The notes beneath the pieces are model-generated. The model was not told the DNA's origin. It was given only the letters and a program-made list of their open reading frames with translations, and did not search any database. Position numbers and translations under genes: made by a program. Below, in pieces: positions 39,204 to 51,191 of a DNA stretch of 64,000 nt; the first letter of the stretch is position 1, and each line of letters begins with the position of its first letter. Source of the DNA: an uncultured delta proteobacterium (GTDB lineage: Bacteria; Desulfobacterota; Desulfobaccia; Desulfobaccales; 0-14-0-80-60-11); contig CAWETI010000002.1 in the NCBI GenBank assembly GCA_963812015.1, positions 32,001 to 96,000 of the forward strand. The letters are read 5' to 3'.

Positions 39204-40466
39204 ATGTACGAGCAAGCCCTCTTCAAAAATCGTCAGGCCGGACGCCCCGCCACCCTTGACGAGTATCGCGCCGGGGGCGGCTACCAGGCCCTGACCGACG
39301 CGGTCAAAAAATATTCCCCCCAGGACCTCATCGGGCTCCTCAAGGAGTCCGGCCTGTCGGGACGGGGCGGCGCCGGCTTTCCCACCTGGCGGAAATGGAG
39401 CTTTGTCCACGCCGACGCCCCCCATCCCCGCTACGTCGGCGCCAATACCGATGAAATGGAGCCGGGCACCTTCAAGGACCGGGTCCTGGTCAACACGGAC
39501 CCCCACCTGGTTCTGGAAGGCATCACCTTGGCCGGGTATGCCATCAACGCCCAAAAGGCCTTTTATTTCATCCGGCCCACCTACGAGATGGACGCCCAGC
39601 TTATCGAACGGGAACTCCAGGTGGCCCGGGAGGCGGGGTTTTTGGGGAAGAATATCCTGGGCAGCGATTTTTCCTTTGACATCGCGGTGCACCGCAGCGC
39701 CGGGCGCTACATCTGCGGCGAGGCCACGGCCATGGTCCAGGCCATCATGGGCAAACGGCCCCACCCCCAGAAAAACGTCCACATGACCGATGCGGGCCTG
39801 TGGGACCGGCCCACCATCGTCAACAACGCCGAAACCCTGGCCTGCGTGCCCCTGGTGATCAGCAACGGCGGCGCCTGGTTCAAGAGCCTGGCCCGGACCG
39901 AGACCGGGGCCGGCACCAAGCTCTACTGCATCAGCGGCAAGGTCGTCAAGCCCGGCTGCTATGAGCTCCCCATGGGCATTCCCTTCCGGGAGATCCTGGA
40001 GGAGGTGGCCGGGGGCATGCTGCCGGGGTCCGAACTCAAGGCCTTCATCCCGGGGGGGGCCTCCACCAGCTTCATGCCGCCAAAATTTGCCGACGTGGCC
40101 ATGGATATCGAATCCTTGAAACAGGTGGGCCACCGTTTCGGCACCGGCGCCATCATAATTTTCGATCAGAAGACCTGCATCCTGGGCGCCACCCTGAACC
40201 TGATCAACTATTTCGCCCGGGAATCCTGCGGCTTCTGCACCCCCTGCCGCCAGGGCCTGCCGTATATTCAAGACCTGCTCCAGCGCCTGGAAAACGGCGA
40301 GGGCCGTGAAGAATTCATCCCCATACTCCGGGAGATGGCCGGGCACATGGACAAGGCCTACTGCGCCTTCGCGCCCGGAGCGGCCCAGCCGGTCAAGGGC
40401 ATGTTGCAGTATTTCGAAGACGAGGTGCGGGAACACATCATTCAAAAGAAGTGCCCGTTTAAATGA
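39204..40466 (+). CDS. nuoF: NADH-quinone oxidoreductase subunit F
   Basis: GRGGAGFP, DEMEPGTFKDR, YICGE, ESCGFCTPC. Confidence 0.95.
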   Translation: MYEQALFKNRQAGRPATLDEYRAGGGYQALTDAVKKYSPQDLIGLLKESGLSGRGGAGFPTWRKWSFVHADAPHPRYVGANTDEMEPGTFKDRVLVNTDPHLVLEGITLAGYAINAQKAFYFIRPTYEMDAQLIERELQVAREAGFLGKNILGSDFSFDIAVHRSAGRYICGEATAMVQAIMGKRPHPQKNVHMTDAGLWDRPTIVNNAETLACVPLVISNGGAWFKSLARTETGAGTKLYCISGKVVKPGCYELPMGIPFREILEEVAGGMLPGSELKAFIPGGASTSFMPPKFADVAMDIESLKQVGHRFGTGAIIIFDQKTCILGATLNLINYFARESCGFCTPCRQGLPYIQDLLQRLENGEGREEFIPILREMAGHMDKAYCAFAPGAAQPVKGMLQYFEDEVREHIIQKKCPFK

Positions 40467-40514
40467 GGCCATTGTCGGACGCAGTCCCGGTAAGAGGATA
40501 TCGGAAAACGCAGA

Positions 40515-40642
40515 CTAAACGGGTATGGGCCAAAGGCGGCTCACCCCGGCAATGAAAAATCCCCCCTGCCCCCCTTTTACAAAGGGGGGCATAAGGACGA
40601 CGGGTTCAAGTCCCCCTTTGCAAAAGGGGGATTTAGGGAGAT
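40515..40642. repeat. ~130-bp palindromic MITE/REP-like element, copy 1
   Basis: CCCCCTTT..AAAGGGGG double hairpin; inverted copy at 45066-45195. Confidence 0.85.
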
Positions 40643-40742
40643 TTGAGACGAGTTTTTCACGGTAAAGCCTGCGGCTATAGGTAACTGCCGCAAAACCAAG
40701 GTCTTTGCTACAAGCTAATAGCTTTTTCAAAGAGAATCGCCA

Positions 40743-43319
40743 TTGCCGAAACTCACCATCGATAGCCGGGAAATCGAAGTCCCCCAGGGCGCCAACGTGC
40801 TGGAGGCCGCGGCGCGGCTGGGCATTATGATCCCCCGGTTCTGCTACCATCCGGCCCTGGGCTCCGTGGGCGCCTGCCGGGTCTGTGCCGTCAAGTTTCT
40901 CGAGGGCCGGGTCAAAGGGGTGGAGATGAGCTGCATGGTGGAGGCCGAGGACGGCATGGTGGTCTCTACCAACCACCCGGACGCGGTGGATTACCGGAAA
41001 TACGTCATCGAGTGGCTCATGCTGGACCACCCTCTGGATTGCCCGGTGTGCGACGAAGGGGGCCACTGCCTCCTCCAGGACGAAACCGTCTCCGGCGGCC
41101 ACGGCATCCGGCGCTTCCTGGGCCTCAAGCGCACCTACCAGGACCAGGACCTGGGATGGTTCGTGCAGCACGACATGAACCGCTGCATCCAGTGCTGGCG
41201 CTGCCGGCGTTTCTACCAGGAATATGCCGGCTACCGGGACCTGGGGGCCTTGCAGATCGGCCGCCGCACCTATTTCGGGCGTTTTAGCGACGGGGCCCTG
41301 GAAAGCCCCTTTGCCGGCAATCTCATCGATGTCTGCCCCACCGGGGTGTTCACCGATAAGCCCTCCCGGGACAAAGGGCGGCGGTGGAATTTTGAACGGG
41401 GGCCGTCCTTGTGCCTCCACTGCTCTTTGGGCTGCAACACCGTGGCCAGCGCCCAGTATCGGGAGATGGTGCGTCTGGAAGGCCGGCACAATGACGCGGT
41501 GAACGGCTACTTCATCTGCGACCGGGGCCGCTATGGCTTTGCCTACGCCAACCACCCGGAGCGGCCCCGCCGGGCCCGCCGAGGCGACCGGGAAGTGCCC
41601 TGGGGCGAGGGGATTGAGGCCGCGGCGGCCGGGCTGGCCCGGATCAGCCGGGAGTACGGCCCCGGAGCGGTGGCCTGCGTGGGCGGCGTCCGCAGCAGCC
41701 TCGAGACCCAGGCGGCCCTGACGCTCTTCTGCCGCACCCAGGGCTGGCGGGACCCCCAGTTCTTCTGGGACCCTCGGCTGGAGCGCAAGGTTAAGGCCGC
41801 GGTGGACCGGCTGGACGCCCGCCTGGCGGTCTCTTTGCGTGAGCTGGAATCTGCGGATTTTATCCTCGCGGTGGGGGCCGACCCGGTCAACGAAGCCCCC
41901 ATGCTGGCCCTGGCGCTTCGCCAGGCCCGGCGCCGGGGGGCGACGGTTACGGTCCTGGACCCCCGGCCGGTGTTCCTGCCCTTCGAGTTCGAACACCTGG
42001 CGGTGCCCCCCGGGCTGCTCGATAGCGCGCTGGGCGCCCTGGTCAAAGAAGCCCTGTCCGCCGAGGCGGCGCCGGGGCTGCAGGAGCCGGCCCGAAAATT
42101 TTACGAGGCCCTGCCCGACCGGTATCCCGGCGACCCGGCCCTGGCGACGCGCCTGGTGTCGTTAGCTGAGGCCTTACAAAAAAGTAGCAAGCCCGTGGTG
42201 ATCTGCGGTACCGACATCGTCCGGGAGACCACCCCATCTTGCGCCGCGGATGTCGCTTGGCTCCTCAAGAGCGCTGGGAAAGATGCGGGCCTGTTCTATC
42301 TTTTGCCCGGGGCCAACGCCTTCGGGGCCGCTCTGCTCTCCGCCCCCGAGAGTCCCGAGATAGCCGGTGGCCAGTGGCCCTGGGGGCCGGGCGCGCTGGG
42401 GGAACCGGTGGGCCCGGGCGAGCCTGCCAGCAGCGCCAGCCAAATCCTGGCAGGGATTGATCAGGGGGAAATCAAGGCCCTGGTGCTGGTGGAAAACGAC
42501 CCTTTCTGGGCCTTTTACGACGAGGAGCGGCTGGCCTGGGCCCTCTCCAGACTCGAGTTCCTCCTGGTCCTGGACTATGTGCCCTCACCGGTGGTCAAAC
42601 GGGCCCACGTGGCCCTGCCCACCGTGCCGCTGTTCGAGCGAGGGGCGGGCAGCTTCGTCAACCAGGAGGGCCGGGCCCAATCAGCCCCGCCGGTGCACTT
42701 CGGGGGGGTGCCCCTGGCCCTCATCAGCCCGGAGGTTCATCCGCCCCGCACCTTTCTCGACCACGTCCCCGGGAGCGATCCCCGCACCCCGGCGGAGATT
42801 TTTTCTGAGCTGACCCTGGCCCTGTCCGGACTTGCGGCCCCCGCCCCCCTGGACCCGTGGACCTGGTTGGGCCGGCGCCACCCGGTTTTCCGGCAGATGG
42901 AGGCCTTACCCGGGTGCCCGGCAGGGGTGCGGCTGCTGCCTTCGGCGCAACCCGAGCGTGATTTTACTACCTTTCCGGGGCCGCCCGAAGCCGAAGCTCC
43001 AGACCGCCTGGAACTCCTGCTGGTGGACTGGACCTTCGGCACCGAGGAACTGGCGGGTTACTCAAACCTCATGCGCCAGGCGGAAGCGGCCCCGGTACTG
43101 TGCCTGCACCCCCGGGATGCCGAGAAATCCGGCCTGGCGGACGGCGACCGGGCCGCCCTCCACCTCCCCAAGGGGTCCCTGGCCGTCACGGTGAAGGTGA
43201 CCGCCGCCATGGCCCCGGGGGTAATGGTCCTCCCCCGGCACCGCCAACTGGACTGGCGCAAGCTCCCGGAGACGCCGGTGTATCTGACCCCCAACCGCAT
43301 TGACAAGGTGCAGGGGTGA
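40743..43319 (+). CDS. nuoG: NADH-quinone oxidoreductase subunit G
   Basis: FCYH...GACRVC, HPLDCPVCDEGGHC, CIQCWRC, CLHCSLGC. Confidence 0.95.
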   Translation: MPKLTIDSREIEVPQGANVLEAAARLGIMIPRFCYHPALGSVGACRVCAVKFLEGRVKGVEMSCMVEAEDGMVVSTNHPDAVDYRKYVIEWLMLDHPLDCPVCDEGGHCLLQDETVSGGHGIRRFLGLKRTYQDQDLGWFVQHDMNRCIQCWRCRRFYQEYAGYRDLGALQIGRRTYFGRFSDGALESPFAGNLIDVCPTGVFTDKPSRDKGRRWNFERGPSLCLHCSLGCNTVASAQYREMVRLEGRHNDAVNGYFICDRGRYGFAYANHPERPRRARRGDREVPWGEGIEAAAAGLARISREYGPGAVACVGGVRSSLETQAALTLFCRTQGWRDPQFFWDPRLERKVKAAVDRLDARLAVSLRELESADFILAVGADPVNEAPMLALALRQARRRGATVTVLDPRPVFLPFEFEHLAVPPGLLDSALGALVKEALSAEAAPGLQEPARKFYEALPDRYPGDPALATRLVSLAEALQKSSKPVVICGTDIVRETTPSCAADVAWLLKSAGKDAGLFYLLPGANAFGAALLSAPESPEIAGGQWPWGPGALGEPVGPGEPASSASQILAGIDQGEIKALVLVENDPFWAFYDEERLAWALSRLEFLLVLDYVPSPVVKRAHVALPTVPLFERGAGSFVNQEGRAQSAPPVHFGGVPLALISPEVHPPRTFLDHVPGSDPRTPAEIFSELTLALSGLAAPAPLDPWTWLGRRHPVFRQMEALPGCPAGVRLLPSAQPERDFTTFPGPPEAEAPDRLELLLVDWTFGTEELAGYSNLMRQAEAAPVLCLHPRDAEKSGLADGDRAALHLPKGSLAVTVKVTAAMAPGVMVLPRHRQLDWRKLPETPVYLTPNRIDKVQG

Positions 43320-43323
43320 TCCC

Positions 43324-44325
43324 ATGAGCGTCTGGGTGGTGGGAATCATCTTCTTGATCGTGAAACTGCTGGTGGTGCTGGTGGCCTTGCTGCTGTTCGC
43401 CGCCTACCTGATCTACGTGGAGCGCCGGCTCCTGGGGTTCTTGCAGCTTCGCCTGGGCCCCAACCGGGCCGGCCCCCTGGGGCTGCTGCAACCCATCGCC
43501 GATGCCGTCAAGCTCCTGACCAAAGAAGATGTTATGCCGGCGGGGGTGGACCGGGTCATCTTCCTCTATGCCCCGGTGGTGGTGGCCGCCACCGCCATCC
43601 TCATCTTTGCCGTGGTCCCCTTTGCCCAGGGGTGGACCTTTAGGGGGCATCCCATCCCCGGGGTCGTCACCGATCTCAACGTGGGCCTGCTCTACGTCTA
43701 TGCCCTCTCCTCCCTGGCGGTCTACGGCGTGGCCCTGGGCGGCTGGGCCTCGAATTCCAAGTACAGCCTGTTGGGGGCCATCCGGGGCGCGGCCCAGATG
43801 ATCAGCTACGAGTTGGCCCTGGGGCTGTCCCTGGTCCCCATCGTGATGATGGCCAAATCCTTCAGCCTGGTGGACATCGTCAACGCCCAGGCCCGCTGGC
43901 CCTTTATCCTGTTCCAGCCGGTGGCCTTCGTCATCTTTTTCGTGAGTTCCCTGGCCGAAATGAAGCGCATCCCCTTCGACATCCCGGAAGCCGAACATGA
44001 GCTGATCGCCGGCTATCATACGGAATACAGCGGCATGCGTTTCGGCCTCTTTTTTCTGGGCGAATACGTCACCATGGTGACCCTGGGGGCCCTGGTGGCG
44101 GTGTTCTTCCTGGGGGGCTGGCGGGGGCCTTTCCTGCCGCCGCTGTTGTGGTTCTTGATCAAGGTGTCCGCCGTGGTCTTGGTCATCATCTGGATTCGGG
44201 GCACCCTGGGTCGGCTGCGCTACGACCAACTCATGCACCTGGGCTGGAAACTGTTGATCCCGATGGCCCTGCTCAACATCATCGTCACCGGCGGGGCGCT
44301 GCTGGCTTTGGGGTATAAGGTTTAG
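43324..44325 (+). CDS. nuoH: NADH-quinone oxidoreductase subunit H
   Basis: ERR...RLGPNR, QPIADAVKL, PFDIPEAE, TEYSG, RYDQ. Confidence 0.96.
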   Translation: MSVWVVGIIFLIVKLLVVLVALLLFAAYLIYVERRLLGFLQLRLGPNRAGPLGLLQPIADAVKLLTKEDVMPAGVDRVIFLYAPVVVAATAILIFAVVPFAQGWTFRGHPIPGVVTDLNVGLLYVYALSSLAVYGVALGGWASNSKYSLLGAIRGAAQMISYELALGLSLVPIVMMAKSFSLVDIVNAQARWPFILFQPVAFVIFFVSSLAEMKRIPFDIPEAEHELIAGYHTEYSGMRFGLFFLGEYVTMVTLGALVAVFFLGGWRGPFLPPLLWFLIKVSAVVLVIIWIRGTLGRLRYDQLMHLGWKLLIPMALLNIIVTGGALLALGYKV

Positions 44326-44454
44326 ATACATGGTGGCACAGGCTTTGAGCCTTGCAGGGCGCCGGCAAGATGCCGGTGCCACCAAAAACCAAGGACTTGC
44401 CCGAGGGTGGGCAAAACGCCGATACGGCCAACAGATAGCCTTGCGGAGCACAAC

Positions 44455-45033
44455 ATGAATCATCCAGCAACCCGTAAACCTCCCGGAGCCGGGAAAAGCA
44501 GTTATGACCTGATCGATCCGGCCATCCTCTGGGCTGAACTTAAGCTCTCCCAGGGGATCACCTTTCTGGACCTGGGCTGCGGCCAAGGCAATTACGCCCT
44601 GGCGGTCGCGGGCCTCATCGGTCCGGCTGGCACGGTTTACGCCGTGGACCTCTGGGATGAGGGCATTGCCGCCCTCAAGGACCGGGCGACCCGGGAGGGC
44701 CGGACCAACCTAAAACCCCTGGTAGCCGGGGCGGGCCAGGTCCCGTTAGACAACCTCAGCGTGGACGTGGCGTTCATGGCCACCGTGCTCCATGACCTGG
44801 TGGAGGCTGGCACCGCGGCCGGCGCCCTGGCGGAAGCGGCCCGGATCATCAAGCCCGGGGGGCGGCTGATCATCGTGGAGTTTGACAAGATCGACGGGCC
44901 CCCGGGGCCACCCCGGCACATCCGGTTGGATGCGGCGGAAGTGGAAGCCCTGGTGGCCCCCTACGGGTTCCGCCGCCAGAAGATTGCGAAGCTGGGGCCA
45001 TACAATTACTTGATAACGTTCGTGAAATTGTAG
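44455..45033 (+). CDS. Class I SAM-dependent methyltransferase
   Basis: LDLGCGQG, YAVD, KPGGRL. Confidence 0.88.
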   Translation: MNHPATRKPPGAGKSSYDLIDPAILWAELKLSQGITFLDLGCGQGNYALAVAGLIGPAGTVYAVDLWDEGIAALKDRATREGRTNLKPLVAGAGQVPLDNLSVDVAFMATVLHDLVEAGTAAGALAEAARIIKPGGRLIIVEFDKIDGPPGPPRHIRLDAAEVEALVAPYGFRRQKIAKLGPYNYLITFVKL

Positions 45034-45065
45034 CCGCAGGTTTAACCGTGAAAAGCATCTTTCAC

Positions 45066-45195
45066 ATCCCCCTAAATCCCCCTTTTACAAAGGGGGACTT
45101 AGACCCGTCGTCCTTACTCCCCCCTGTGGAAAAGGGGGGCAGGGGGGGATTTTTCATTGCCGGGGGGGAGCCGCCATGGGCTCATGCCGGTTTAG
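45066..45195. repeat. ~130-bp palindromic MITE/REP-like element, copy 2 (inverted)
   Basis: Reverse complement aligns by eye along 40515-40642. Confidence 0.85.
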
Positions 45196-45264
45196 CTTGC
45201 GCTGGCGCCGGCTGGAAAGCCGGTGTCAGCACTTAAGAGATCCCAAGAGCCGGAAATCGACACC

Positions 45265-45819
45265 ATGCAAGAGCGACGCAATTGGTTACCGTTAAGCGGA
45301 CGGGCCGTGGCCGGCCTCTGGGACGCCTTTGCCATCGTGCTCCGGCATCTTTTCCGCCGCCCCGTCACCGAAGAGTACCCGGAATACAAGCGGGTTCTCC
45401 CGGCCCGCACCCGGGCCCGGATCATCCTCACCCGGGACCCGGACGGCGAGGAGCGCTGCGTCTCCTGCTATCTCTGCGCCGCCGCCTGCCCGGTGTCCTG
45501 CATCTCCATGGAGGGGGAGGAACGGCCCGACGGCCGCCGCTGGGCCCGGTGGTTCCGCATCAATTTCGCCCGCTGCATCTACTGCGGCCTGTGCGAAGAG
45601 GCCTGCCCCACCCTGGCGATCCAGTTGACCCCGGATTTCGAATTCTGCGAGGGGGACCTCCTGACCATGGTGGCGGAAAAGCAGGACCTGTTGGTGGATC
45701 ACGGCGGCAAAAACCGGGACTATAATTTTTACCGCCACGCCGGGGTGGATATGGTGGGAGGTAAGGGCACCCACATCGGCGAAGCCAAGCCGGTGAATAT
45801 CCGGAGCAATCTCCCCTAA
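45265..45819 (+). CDS. nuoI: NADH-quinone oxidoreductase subunit I
   Basis: CVSCYLCAAACP and CIYCGLCEEACP. Confidence 0.96.
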   Translation: MQERRNWLPLSGRAVAGLWDAFAIVLRHLFRRPVTEEYPEYKRVLPARTRARIILTRDPDGEERCVSCYLCAAACPVSCISMEGEERPDGRRWARWFRINFARCIYCGLCEEACPTLAIQLTPDFEFCEGDLLTMVAEKQDLLVDHGGKNRDYNFYRHAGVDMVGGKGTHIGEAKPVNIRSNLP

Positions 45820-45861
45820 AGGGCCTGGGGGCCGGCCCCCCGGGGTAAACAGGACTATGCC

Positions 45862-46368
45862 ATGAACATCTATGCCATGATGTTTTACGTGCTGGGGGCG
45901 GTCATCGTTGCTGCCACCGCCCTGGCCATCACCCGCCGCAACGTGATGCACGCCATTGTTTACCTGGTGTTGTCCTTTATCGGCACGGCCCTGCTGTTCT
46001 ATCTCCTGGGGGCCCCCTTCCTGGCGGTCCTGGAGGTGGTGATTTACGCCGGGGCGATCATGGTGCTGTTTCTGTTCATCGTCATGATGCTGGAAATCAA
46101 GCCGGATGAGAAAACCCTGTGGCCGTTTTTTAAGCAATGGTTTCCGGCCCTGGGCCTGGCCGGGATCTCTGGCATCGTCATGTTGGTGTTCCTGCTCCTG
46201 GCGCCGGGGGGCAACCAAGTCCTGCCCCTGGCCACGGCTTCACCCCTGGCTTTTGGCCGGTTTGTCTTCCAGAAATACTGGCTGGGGGTGGAGATTGCTT
46301 CTTTTCTCCTGTTCGTGGCCCTGGTGGGAGGATTGTACCTGGGCCGGAGCGGGAAAACCGGAGACTGA
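45862..46368 (+). CDS. nuoJ: NADH-quinone oxidoreductase subunit J
   Basis: IYAGAIMVLFLF. Confidence 0.94.
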   Translation: MNIYAMMFYVLGAVIVAATALAITRRNVMHAIVYLVLSFIGTALLFYLLGAPFLAVLEVVIYAGAIMVLFLFIVMMLEIKPDEKTLWPFFKQWFPALGLAGISGIVMLVFLLLAPGGNQVLPLATASPLAFGRFVFQKYWLGVEIASFLLFVALVGGLYLGRSGKTGD

Positions 46369-46371
46369 ATC

Positions 46372-46683
46372 ATGGTCGGCATCGTGCCATACAGCCACGT
46401 GCTCATCCTGGCGGCGATCCTCTTCCTGCTGGGGGCCGGGTGCGCCATCGCCCGGGGCAATCTCATCATGATCCTCATCGGGGTGGAAATCATGCTGAGC
46501 GCCGCCGGCCTGGCGTTTATCGGGGCGGCCCTGCGCTGGCAGCAACTGGACGGGCAGGCCTTCGTCATCTTCATCATGGCGGTGGCGGCCTCGGAGGTGG
46601 CGGTGGGCCTGTCCCTGATCGTCTATTCCCAGCGGCGCACCGGTACGCTGAATGCGGACCGCTACAACCTCATGAAGGGCTAA
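46372..46683 (+). CDS. nuoK: NADH-quinone oxidoreductase subunit K
   Basis: GVEIML, AASEVAVGL, 103 aa. Confidence 0.94.
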   Translation: MVGIVPYSHVLILAAILFLLGAGCAIARGNLIMILIGVEIMLSAAGLAFIGAALRWQQLDGQAFVIFIMAVAASEVAVGLSLIVYSQRRTGTLNADRYNLMKG

Positions 46684-46684
46684 C

Positions 46685-48655
<1,971 letters not shown>

Positions 48656-48667
48656 CGGAGGCAAGCC

Positions 48668-50173
48668 ATGCTGCATGTTCCGCTGCTTTCCATAATCATT
48701 TTTCTCCCGCTCGTGGGTGGATTTCTGGCCCTGGCCACCGGCAGCCGTTGGCCCCTCCTCTGTCGCTGGATCGGTCTGACCACCACCTTGCTGGAGTTAA
48801 GTCTGGTGAGCTCTTTATTATTCCTGGGCTTGCAACCGCAGGCCGGGCCCACCGGGGTCTGGCTGCTGATGGAAGATTACCCCTGGATAACCAGCCTGGG
48901 GGTCCGCTACAGCCTGGGGCTGGATGGGTTGAGCCTGCTGCTCCTGCTGCTCACTGCCTTTATCAACGTCCTCTGCATCCTCGTCTCCTGGCGCGCCATT
49001 ACGACCAAGGTCGGGTCGTTCCATTTCTTTCTCTTATTTTTGGAAGCCAGCGTCATGGGCTTGTTCATGGCCACCGATCTCCTGCTCTTTTATCTGTTTT
49101 GGGAAATCCAGATCATTCCCATGTTTTTCCTGGTAGGCATCTGGGGCCATGAGCGGCGGGTTTATGCCGCCGTCAAGTTTGTTCTGTTTACCCTATGCGG
49201 AAGTTTGTTGATGCTCATTGCCCTCGTGGCTCTCTATGTGTTCCATGGACAGCAGACCGGGGTTTATACTTTTGCTTCTGTCCAACTGATGCACACGCAG
49301 TTGAGCTTCACCACGGAAATTTTGCTTTATTCGGCCTTTATGCTGGCTTTTGCCATCAAAATCCCCATCGTTCCCTTACATACCTGGTTACCCGATGCCC
49401 ATACCCAGGCCCCGACGGCCGGGAGCCTGGATCTGGCCGGCTTACTTTTAAAGACGGGGTTTTATGGGTTTTTTCGCTTTGCCTTTCCCCTCTTTCCCTT
49501 GGCCGCCCAGGCCTCGATCCCGGTGCTCATCGCCTTGGGATTGGGAGGCATGTTCTATACCTCCTGGATCGCCCTGGCCCAAACCGATATCAAGCGCCTG
49601 GTGGCCTATTCCAGCATCGGGCATATGGGCCTGATGGTCGTGGGCATCGCCGTCTGGAATCTCTTGTCCATGACCGGGTCCCTTTTGCAAATGGTCAACC
49701 ACGGTTTATCCACCTCGGCGCTCTTCATCATGGTGGGCATGATCGGCGAACGGATCGACTCCCGGGAGTTCGCCGATTTGGGCGGCCTCTGGGGCAAGAT
49801 GCCCGTGTTCAGCGTCTTTTTCCTGTTCTTTGCCATGGCGTCCATGGGTTTGCCGGGTCTGAATAATTTTGTGGGAGAAGTCCTGCTTTTGGTGGGCATC
49901 TTTGAGGCCCGTCCGCTTATCGGGATATTGAGTTTCGGGGGACTGATTTTTACGGTGATTTATATCCTGCGGATGGTTAAAGACACCCTGTTCGGCGAGC
50001 CGAAAAAAGACCACGTGTGGGTGGATGTCAACGCCCGGGAAGTGGTCATTCTCGTGCTCATGGCCCTGCCCATATTGTTTATCGGGGTGCACCCCGGGCC
50101 GGCGCTGCGGCTGCTGGACCAGCCGGTGCAGCGCCTCCTGGAGCAGGTGAGCTTTTTGACGCCTGGCCTCTAA
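48668..50173 (+). CDS. nuoM: NADH-quinone oxidoreductase subunit M
   Basis: FWE, KIPIVPLHTWLPDAH, AYSSIGH, GLPG..NFVGE. Confidence 0.96.
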   Translation: MLHVPLLSIIIFLPLVGGFLALATGSRWPLLCRWIGLTTTLLELSLVSSLLFLGLQPQAGPTGVWLLMEDYPWITSLGVRYSLGLDGLSLLLLLLTAFINVLCILVSWRAITTKVGSFHFFLLFLEASVMGLFMATDLLLFYLFWEIQIIPMFFLVGIWGHERRVYAAVKFVLFTLCGSLLMLIALVALYVFHGQQTGVYTFASVQLMHTQLSFTTEILLYSAFMLAFAIKIPIVPLHTWLPDAHTQAPTAGSLDLAGLLLKTGFYGFFRFAFPLFPLAAQASIPVLIALGLGGMFYTSWIALAQTDIKRLVAYSSIGHMGLMVVGIAVWNLLSMTGSLLQMVNHGLSTSALFIMVGMIGERIDSREFADLGGLWGKMPVFSVFFLFFAMASMGLPGLNNFVGEVLLLVGIFEARPLIGILSFGGLIFTVIYILRMVKDTLFGEPKKDHVWVDVNAREVVILVLMALPILFIGVHPGPALRLLDQPVQRLLEQVSFLTPGL

Positions 50174-50240
50174 CTGGTTGAGAGGGAATTTTTCAGGCTC
50201 GAATCTCGCCAATCAATCCATATCTGAAAGGAAAAAGATC

Positions 50241-50855
50241 ATGAAAATCCTGGTAGTGTATTACTCCATGTACGGACACGTCTTGAAGATGGCCCGGGCT
50301 GCGGCCGCCGGGGCCCAGGCGGTGGCCGGGGCCGAAGTGGTCCTGCGCCGGGTCCAGGAACTGGAATCCAACCTCCCCAAGGTCCAGGGCAGCAAACACG
50401 CCCAGGCGGTGCTGGAGCAGCAGCGGGACGTCCCCATCGCCACCCTGGACGACCTGCGGGCGGCGGACGGGGTCATCTTCGGCACCCCGACCCGCTTCGG
50501 CAACATGTGCGCCCAGATGAAGCAGTACTTCGACGGCGCCGTGGAACTCTGGGCCCAGGGGGCACTGGAAGGCAAGCCCGCCGGCCTCGTGGTCTCCACG
50601 GCCACCACCCACGGCGGCCAGGAGACCACCTGCTTCACCATGATGGCGCCCCTGTTGCATCTGGGCTTTATCATCGTCGGGGTGCCTTATTCCACCCCGG
50701 GCATGCTCCACACCGAAGGCCGGGGCGGCACCCCCTACGGCGCCACCACGGTGGCCGGGGGCAAGAACGAACTTGAACCCGCCCCGGAAGACCTTGCCAT
50801 CGCCAGCGCCCTGGGGCGCCGGGTGGCCGAAGTGGCCGGTAAGCTGCGAGGTTAG
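50241..50855 (+). CDS. wrbA: NAD(P)H:quinone oxidoreductase WrbA
   Basis: YYSMYGH, GTPTRFGNM, THGGQE, GGTPYG. Confidence 0.95.
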   Translation: MKILVVYYSMYGHVLKMARAAAAGAQAVAGAEVVLRRVQELESNLPKVQGSKHAQAVLEQQRDVPIATLDDLRAADGVIFGTPTRFGNMCAQMKQYFDGAVELWAQGALEGKPAGLVVSTATTHGGQETTCFTMMAPLLHLGFIIVGVPYSTPGMLHTEGRGGTPYGATTVAGGKNELEPAPEDLAIASALGRRVAEVAGKLRG

Positions 50856-50892
50856 AGCGTTTGCCAAAAATTCCTTCTGATGGTTGGTTTTT

Positions 50893-50983
50893 AAATCCCC
50901 CTAAATCCCCCTTTTTCAAAGGGGGACTTGCAAAGGAAATTCGCTAAGTTCCCCCCTTTGAAAAAGGGGGGTTAGGGGGATTT
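50893..50983. repeat. Shorter copy of the CCCCCTTT..AAAGGGGG element
   Basis: AAATCCCCCTAAATCCCCCTTTTTCAAAGGGGGAC...CCCCCTTTGAAAAAGGGGGGTTAGGGGGATTT. Confidence 0.8.
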
Positions 50984-51042
50984 GGGTTCCTGGAGCATGT
51001 ATCATAGCGGAAAAAACTTTTGGCATTCCCTACCCTATATGA

Positions 51043-51172
51043 GAGACCTCTGCGAAAAGCCATTTTGTCATCCTGAGCGGAGCGAAGGACCTCGTATCTT
51101 TTCGTATTTATGAGATTCTTCGGTCGCTCCGCTCCCTCAGTCTGACAGGTGAGGGACTTTCGCAGAAGTCTC
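51043..51172. mobile_element. MITE-like element
   Basis: Terminal IRs GAGACCTCTGCGAAA / TTTCGCAGAAGTCTC (14/15) enclosing a GTCATCCTGAGCGGAGCGAA...TCGCTCCGCTC..CAG palindrome. Confidence 0.65.
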
Positions 51173-51191
51173 ATAAGAGGATCATAAGCGT

